Shown here: one piece after another, positions 59,301-64,000 of the stretch
Layout of the letters: every line of letters begins with the position of its first letter
Position numbering within the stretch: position 1 is the first letter of the stretch
Source of the DNA: an uncultured Pseudomonadales bacterium
Lineage (GTDB): Bacteria; Patescibacteriota; Microgenomatia; UBA1400; CAYNFZ01
Length of the DNA: 64,000 nt
NCBI GenBank assembly: GCA_964398525.1
Contig: CAYNMS010000002.1
Span: 2,403 to 66,402, forward strand
Direction of reading: 5' to 3'
Translations under genes and position numbers: made by a program
The notes under the pieces: generated by a model
The model's input: the letters and a program-made list of their open reading frames with translations, nothing else
What the model was told of the DNA's origin: nothing
The model's database searches: none

Positions 59301-59376
59301 GATTGTCGGTATTGCCGGTAATTAATGCGGTAATGGTTTGAGTAAGGGTTTCAACCTGGACAGATTGGTTAGCCAT
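56353..59376 (-). CDS. DUF4012-like membrane protein with N-terminal degenerate NAD-dependent epimerase domain
   Basis: Q..SELRPTGGFI, LRDVNWDPD, EANVGVNK, YKNYLRLY; N-terminal ALITG..GL.LAR.L...G..V. Confidence 0.75.
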   Translation of the reverse strand: MANQSVQVETLTQTITALITGNTDNLGLFLARDLLSRGLGVTLVGPKSDFLDTHIFDQIIDLPETTHLTSITDTTQTPHYGFFVFSPQHPDFESLDRFFGLFPISAKLAIISPPPLPDSDQESDFDRLQTFISSRLVNHQQNLRFIVTNHLFGRAVVSQTNNPLTPIFLSTLAPDLLDYPSLDTTIYPLHLASATQAIVKSLLSSDSVGKIFQLGGQPLLVRDLVSKLQQITEVSPPSPSLSASKFNYQDHPELWQQIQATWQQLSWLPPTDISTHLSETVSWYKAHPQLGFSQETRHKSESISTNHSKKQPSSPTPPPNPIVTQPVTLKKTDPNHLIFTSPPNNQKISLQPNPETPSNLKPPTPPLTSFTNQDHKQFTLQSLGVTSNPKKSRRFNFPSIKPKNPRRRVVAFLGTLSALVLIVLTALFIFTQKLRVLPELIFSPPQEILSHTSFLNPTLNTLRLAFNVIQSPVSMVFGQQTAHSFQTQLNYTHSFSSSLNDLAQAQISTGSLLQALFDPNTNLESSYLTKATTDSLKAFRSISQLEAHQKQFLEVGESSFLSSLNLDQASSKLTHVKSALFSQHQLFTQFGPIFSSSTPQRILVLVQDTSELRPTGGFITTYADLTLNQGKLISVEIGDVSSLDNKLLGHVEPPLAVKQFLGESSWFLRDVNWDPDTATTAKRIAWFYQKQTNFNVDYILLLNSNLFTPLLDITGPLTPPSISQPVNSQNYLSLQRNHLVDSADQAQSDFLTLLFQQLFSNLSSPQTNYSLLSQALLQTLPQQPLTLYPLKPESNQSLNQTHFTNPLTPNHCLSEPCHSTHFSLVEANVGVNKINPFINRQVSHLLDFSQPNQVGETLQINFTNSADSANWPLGSYKNYLRLYLPQSAQINTVKVGETLLKIDQYDTSIQHNFLVLGLLLDVSPSTTSTLVVDYHLPLSLLKTNFNLNYFYDYQPGVAPYIFNLQIIPPPNYYPTSLPIQFSTQDLIKYSQTISSDQSFQFEFSPRQ

Positions 59377-59555
59377 AGACAATAACCATGATAATCGCTT
59401 GATGAAGGGGATGCAATTATTGGGTTGTTTTTAGGTATTTATTAGTTTTTATGGTTTTACTTACGTTTTTTTTGTTACTTGTCCCTTGGGTTTTGATTAT
59501 GTTTTTTATCCCTTTTTTGTTCTTACCTCTTTCACGTGCTCACTCCTTGGGTTAA

Positions 59556-59583
59556 ACAAAAATAACCACACAGAAGTGTGGTT
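59556..59583 (-). terminator. Intrinsic terminator after rnhA
   Basis: aaccacac-agaa-gtgtggtt; minus strand followed by ATTTTTG. Confidence 0.7.
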
Positions 59584-59605
59584 GACCTATAAGGTGGATA
59601 GGAGT

Positions 59606-60040
59606 CTAGATGGAAGAATCGAGCGCTTGGTTTAAAAGTTGGTCGGCACGGAAGTTTTGGGCGCGGGGAATATGTTTAAAAGTTGGGTTAATATTTAATT
59701 GTGCAAGCTTGGTTTTTATAGTGAGAGCAAGTTTGATAAGGGTAGAATTTTTGATTTGATAAACGCCGGAGAGTTGACGAACCACAAGTTGAGAATCTAA
59801 GTAAAAACAAACCGAAAAGGGAGAGGGGAAGTTTTGGGAGTCGAACCATTCTAAGGCACAAATGAGCGCGGTATATTCAGCGACATTGTTGGTAGTGGAC
59901 CCAATGTAACGAGAGGTTTCGAAAAGAGTTTTTTGTTGGGAGTCCTGAATAACCACGCCAACAGCGGCAGGGCCCGGATTACCACGAGCACCGCCATCGG
60001 TAAAAACACTAAATTGACAACTTGAAGTCGGAGAATTCAC
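59606..60040 (-). CDS. rnhA: Ribonuclease HI family protein
   Basis: FTDGGARGNPGPA, TNNVAEY, DSQLVV, HIPR..N..AD. Confidence 0.92.
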   Translation of the reverse strand: MNSPTSSCQFSVFTDGGARGNPGPAAVGVVIQDSQQKTLFETSRYIGSTTNNVAEYTALICALEWFDSQNFPSPFSVCFYLDSQLVVRQLSGVYQIKNSTLIKLALTIKTKLAQLNINPTFKHIPRAQNFRADQLLNQALDSSI

Positions 60041-60492
60041 GACAGGGGACGAAGATCGACAATTAAGTTTCGATGGGGTTCTTCGCCTTCTGAATAGGTG
60101 ACGACATCGGGATGTTCTGAAAGTGTGGTGTGGACAAGGCGGCGTTCATAACTACTTAGACCAGTAAGACTGACAGCTTGGCCCCGGGAAACCACTTTGG
60201 AGGCGGCGTTGTGGGCAAGGTTTTCAAGAGCAACTTGGCGTTGTTGGCGGTAGTCATTGATGTTGAGTCTAACTGGTAGGCGCTCACCAGTTTGTTGTTG
60301 AATAAGTGAAAAAATTAATTGGATAGCACCCAGAACTTCACCCCTGTGTCCAATTAACAGCCCAGAATCTTGTTGATCAATATTGACTTGGACGATAATG
60401 GCATCGTCACTGGTCTCAACTTCTAATTCAGGAGAATAACCAAGAAGAGTGGTAAAGAATTCAGTAACAAAATCTGAGTTAATAACTGACAT
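60037..60492 (-). CDS. jag: Jag/KhpB RNA-binding protein (KH plus R3H)
   Basis: LLIGHRGEVL, ERRLVH, SEGEEPHR. Confidence 0.92.
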   Translation of the reverse strand: MSVINSDFVTEFFTTLLGYSPELEVETSDDAIIVQVNIDQQDSGLLIGHRGEVLGAIQLIFSLIQQQTGERLPVRLNINDYRQQRQVALENLAHNAASKVVSRGQAVSLTGLSSYERRLVHTTLSEHPDVVTYSEGEEPHRNLIVDLRPLS

Positions 60493-60503
60493 AAAATCCT
60501 TAA

Positions 60504-61253
60504 CTACTGATTAACAATAAGGCCAAAACGATTAAGGTGGGGTTTCAAACCGCCCCAACCGGAAACAAAGTATTGTTGAATGAGACTAAAGAGGGTGGAG
60601 ACAACCCAATAGAGGGCTAGACCTGAGGGGAAGGCGCGAGCGATGAAGAAAGTAAAAACAGGCATGACATACATCATTTGAGACTGCATGGTTTGGGCCA
60701 TATCAGTGAGATCTTCGGCTTTTTTGTCGTCTTTTTTAGTTTTAGTTTGGGCGGCAAGTTTGGTTTCAGCAGTGGTGCTGGTAGCGGGGGCGAGCATGAG
60801 GCCTAGAAGAAATTGGGATAAACCTGCGAGAACTGGAAGCACAAACGTGGAGTCGGGTTGATTGAGTTGGAGCCAGAGGAAATTAAGATTGGCTCCCGGT
60901 GTGTCGGAAGTGAGAGAACTGGATAAAACTTGATAAAAGATGATGAACAGACCAATTTGAACCAGTTGAGGTAAGCAGCCGCCTAGAGGATTAATTTTGT
61001 GTTCTTGATAAAGCTCAAGTTGTTTTTGAGACAGAAGTTTTTTGTCGTTGCCGTATTTTTCTTTAAGTTTGTCTAGTTCTGGTTTGAGGCTAGACATTTT
61101 TTGAGTGGAACGGAGTGAGGGTAGGGTAAGGGGGATAAGACCCAGACGGATAACCAGAGTGACGGCAATGATGGCTAGACCGTAGTTGTTACCTAGCAGA
61201 TTGGCGGTGACTTCGAGAATTTGGGAAAAGAATTGATTAACAAAAGTAAACAT
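60504..61253 (-). CDS. yidC: Membrane protein insertase YidC
   Basis: YGLAII..T..IRL..PL, INPLGGCLP, PSGLALYW. Confidence 0.95.
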   Translation of the reverse strand: MFTFVNQFFSQILEVTANLLGNNYGLAIIAVTLVIRLGLIPLTLPSLRSTQKMSSLKPELDKLKEKYGNDKKLLSQKQLELYQEHKINPLGGCLPQLVQIGLFIIFYQVLSSSLTSDTPGANLNFLWLQLNQPDSTFVLPVLAGLSQFLLGLMLAPATSTTAETKLAAQTKTKKDDKKAEDLTDMAQTMQSQMMYVMPVFTFFIARAFPSGLALYWVVSTLFSLIQQYFVSGWGGLKPHLNRFGLIVNQ

Positions 61254-61270
61254 AAAAGCCTCAAGTTTGA

Positions 61271-61465
61271 TTAAGAATGACAGGAAAGCAAGCGTTTGAA
61301 CGCCAAGACACTACCTCGAATTGTACCATAGCGGCGAATGGCTTGACGGGCATATTGACTACAAGTAGGTTGGTGGCGGCAAGCATGAGGAGCGATGCCA
61401 ATTGAAGTGAGAAGGAGGGTGCGGACCGGGTGAAGGGTTTGATAAAATTTAAGAAGGAAATTCAC
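61271..61465 (-). CDS. yidD: Membrane protein insertion efficiency factor YidD
   Basis: [15 protein letters not shown]...G......RLLSCH; GTG start inferred. Confidence 0.88.
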   Translation of the reverse strand: MNFLLKFYQTLHPVRTLLLTSIGIAPHACRHQPTCSQYARQAIRRYGTIRGSVLAFKRLLSCHS

Positions 61466-61775
61466 GGATTTGAGAGTGTAATTTTTGGAAAAGGTGTTGG
61501 ATTTGAATAAAATCAAGAGAATTGGCAGCAGGCTTGAGAATAATTAAAAGATCGAAACCTAGGTCTAGGGACAATTGAGAACGAAGGGCGGAAAGAAACT
61601 GGCGTTTTAAGTGGTTACGAGCGGAGGCTTTGAGAGCAACTTTTTTGGAAACAATGAGGGCAACACGAAGGTGTGAAAGTTGATTATTTTTGAATATAAA
61701 GGTGGCAAAAGGGGTTGATAGCTTTTTTCCAATTAAATTTTGGTCTAAAGATAAACGATATTTTTTGGGTAACAT
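61449..61775 (-). CDS. rnpA: Ribonuclease P protein component
   Basis: [24 protein letters not shown]; conserved gene order. Confidence 0.92.
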   Translation of the reverse strand: MLPKKYRLSLDQNLIGKKLSTPFATFIFKNNQLSHLRVALIVSKKVALKASARNHLKRQFLSALRSQLSLDLGFDLLIILKPAANSLDFIQIQHLFQKLHSQIREFPS

Positions 61776-61776
61776 A

Positions 61777-61911
61777 CTAGACAGTAAGTCGACTACGGCC
61801 CTTTTGTCGGCGGTTTTTGAGAACTTGGCGGCCGGTTTTGGTGCTCATGCGTTTGAGAAAGCCATGAACTCGGGTGCGTTTGGTTTTCTTGGGTTGATAA
61901 GTACGTTTCAT
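61777..61911 (-). CDS. rpmH: 50S ribosomal protein L34
   Basis: Hand translation: [44 protein letters not shown]. Confidence 0.97.
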   Translation of the reverse strand: MKRTYQPKKTKRTRVHGFLKRMSTKTGRQVLKNRRQKGRSRLTV

Positions 61912-62000
61912 ATTGCCTCAAAAATGTAAATGAAGGAGTGTATTTTACCAGAGAAGCTAGACAAGAAAAAGGGGTTTGGGTAAGTTGTGGGTTGACGGAG

Positions 62001-62028
62001 TGTGGAAAACTTGGTTTTATGTGGAAAA
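62001..62028. promoter_or_regulatory. DnaA boxes upstream of dnaA
   Basis: TGTGGAAAA at 62001-62009 and 62020-62028 (TTTTCCACA on minus strand). Confidence 0.7.
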
Positions 62029-62041
62029 GTAAGGAAGCAAT

Positions 62042-63427
62042 ATGGATCAAAATGGATTTAGTTTGGACCAAAAAGAATTGTGGAGGGACGCTATTGCCGA
62101 TCTGGAGATGACGGTATCTAGACCATATTTTGAGTCATATGTAAAAAAATTGACAGTGCTGAGTGTTCATGAAAGTGAGGGAGGGATTACGGAAATTACA
62201 CTGGCTTGCCCAAGCGTGTTTCACCAAAAAGAAATTGAAAAGAGGTTGGAAAAAGAAATCAGAGAATCTTTGGGGAGAGTGACGGGAAAAAAGATTGCTA
62301 TGGAACTGGTGGTAGACACGAGGGGAATAAATACAGAGATTGTGGATAGTGGACCGTTGTTTGCAGGAGTTGATGAGGGAGAATACAGACCTCCGGTACA
62401 AGATGTGGGGCTAAAAAAAGATTTTACTTTAAGTAATTTTGCCGTGAGCAGCTCAAATGAAATGGCCTATGCGGCAGCTAAGGCGGTAGCAAACAACCCC
62501 GGTAAAGCGTATAACCCGTTGTTTTTATATGGTGGAGTAGGGGTGGGAAAAACCCACTTAATGCAGGGGGTGGGGCATGTAATATTGAATAGAAGAAAAG
62601 AAACAACGGTAATATATTGCTCGGGTGAAGACTTTACAAACGAGATAATTGATGCAATCAGGAAAAAAAGTACACCGGGGTTTAGAAAAAAATACAGAAG
62701 TGTGGAACTCTTGCTGATTGATGACATTCAGTTTATAGCGGGTAAAACTGCGGTTCAGGAAGAATTTTTTCATACGTTTAATACAATTACCCAGGCGGGG
62801 GGGCAGGTAATTTTGACCAGCGACAAACCACCAAAAGAAATTGATTCTCTTGAGGAGAGGTTGAGGAGTAGATTTGAGGGCGGATTGAGTATTGATATTG
62901 GCCAGCCAGACTTTGAACTGAGAAGTGCAATTGTGATGATTAAGGCAAGGCAGCTGGGAGCGGAAATACCAACTGAGGCAGCCCAAATGGTAGCTCAGCT
63001 GGAATCGGACGCAAGAACTTTGATCGGAAGCTTGATGAAAGTAATTGCCATGAGCGAGGCACAAGGAATTAAAATTGATAAAGAATTAGTGATGAGGGTG
63101 TTGGGAAGGGAGTTGGCTCAAAATCGAAGTCAAAACCGGGTTAGCCCAGGAGTAATAATTGAAAAGGTGTGTGAAGAATACGGGGTGGAGGTGGAAGAAG
63201 TTAAAGGACCGAGACGATTAAAACAACTAACGACTCCACGGCATGTGGCGATGTTTATACTTAAAAATGATCTTAATCTGGGGTTGGTGGAAATTGGTGG
63301 TTGGTTTGGAGGACGAGATCACACGAGTGTGATGCATGCAATTACTAAAGTGGAGAAATGGCAGAAAGAAAAACCAGAAACCCGGGAAAAAATTGACAGG
63401 CTTAGAAGGGGTTGGGGAAAAAATTGA
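62042..63427 (+). CDS. dnaA: Chromosomal replication initiator DnaA
   Basis: YNPLFLYGGVGVGKTHL, LIDDIQF, RLRSRF, FGGRDHTSV. Confidence 0.98.
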   Translation: MDQNGFSLDQKELWRDAIADLEMTVSRPYFESYVKKLTVLSVHESEGGITEITLACPSVFHQKEIEKRLEKEIRESLGRVTGKKIAMELVVDTRGINTEIVDSGPLFAGVDEGEYRPPVQDVGLKKDFTLSNFAVSSSNEMAYAAAKAVANNPGKAYNPLFLYGGVGVGKTHLMQGVGHVILNRRKETTVIYCSGEDFTNEIIDAIRKKSTPGFRKKYRSVELLLIDDIQFIAGKTAVQEEFFHTFNTITQAGGQVILTSDKPPKEIDSLEERLRSRFEGGLSIDIGQPDFELRSAIVMIKARQLGAEIPTEAAQMVAQLESDARTLIGSLMKVIAMSEAQGIKIDKELVMRVLGRELAQNRSQNRVSPGVIIEKVCEEYGVEVEEVKGPRRLKQLTTPRHVAMFILKNDLNLGLVEIGGWFGGRDHTSVMHAITKVEKWQKEKPETREKIDRLRRGWGKN

Positions 63428-63731
63428 GGAAAAGCTATTAAATGGGGGGAAAAGTTTGGGGAAAGGATGGGGAAAGGATAAATAAATTAAACTTGAGGTA
63501 AATGTAGAAAAATCTAGGTCACAAGATAAAGTTAAAAAATAAACCTGAAAGCATGAATGATAGATATCCACAAGTTATTCACAAATATCCACAAAGATTT
63601 CAACATTAAACAAACGGTTATTAACACAAGTAAAACCCAAAAAGAAATCAAGGAAAAATAAATTTTCCACTTTTGTCGGGTACCTACTACAACTACTGCT
63701 AATAAAATAATAAAGAAGAAGGGGAAGCTAA
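63428..63731. other. Putative oriC (dnaA-dnaN intergenic)
   Basis: DnaA-box-like ATATCCACA (63564, 63585), TTATTCACA (63575), TTTTCCACT (63663); trio-like CTACTACAACTACTGCTA at 63684; AT-rich. Confidence 0.8.
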
Positions 63732-64000
63732 ATGAAAATAGAATTATTGCAGGAAAACTTAAATCAAGGATTAAGCTGGGTGGGACGGTTTGTGGCCAAC
63801 AAGCCGAGTTTGCCGATATTGGGAATGGTAGAGATAACCGCTGAGAAAGGAAAAGTAAAAATCCGGGGTACAGATATGGATACGGGAATTGAGGCAGTCG
63901 TGGGGGCAAGAGTGGAAGAAGAAGGAAGGGTGGTGGTGCCAGCTAGATTGTTGGCAGAGTATGTTAATTTACTGCCGGCGGGTAAAGTAAAACTTGAAAA
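63732..64000 (+). CDS. dnaN: DNA polymerase III beta clamp (5' part)
   Basis: Hand translation: MKIELLQENL...SLPILG...GTDMDTGI...EEEGRVVVPARLL. Confidence 0.95.
   Translation, partial: MKIELLQENLNQGLSWVGRFVANKPSLPILGMVEITAEKGKVKIRGTDMDTGIEAVVGARVEEEGRVVVPARLLAEYVNLLPAGKVKLE

Noticed and set aside
61793-62071. 92-aa minus-strand ORF upstream of rnpA
   Set aside because: The real gene here is the 44-aa rpmH in another frame.

Overview
Gene-dense stretch of a bacterial chromosome, most likely Patescibacteria/CPR (Microgenomates-like). This is inferred from an N-terminally truncated IF2, short HrcA, MetRS and ValRS, and PEGA, DUF4012-like and Pro/Thr-rich surface proteins. It ends at the rpmH-dnaA-oriC-dnaN region. 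It holds about 62 CDS and tRNA-Cys: chaperone operons with CIRCE operators, translation genes, two UvrD-family helicases, many envelope glycosyltransferases, and a pilN/pilO-linked cluster of Cys-rich, Pro/Thr-rich surface proteins. No mobile element, prophage or CRISPR array is visible. Main observations: (1) a valS T-box riboswitch that seems to combine an ultrashort Stem I (GUC specifier) with a transcription terminator and also controls an orphan ORF; (2) about 16 genes with a -10 box only 5-9 nt before the start codon, suggesting leaderless mRNAs; (3) a strong G-rich + strand that does not flip at the dnaA-dnaN origin; (4) a possible glycosylated surface-appendage module. All calls come from reading motifs by eye; no database searches were run.
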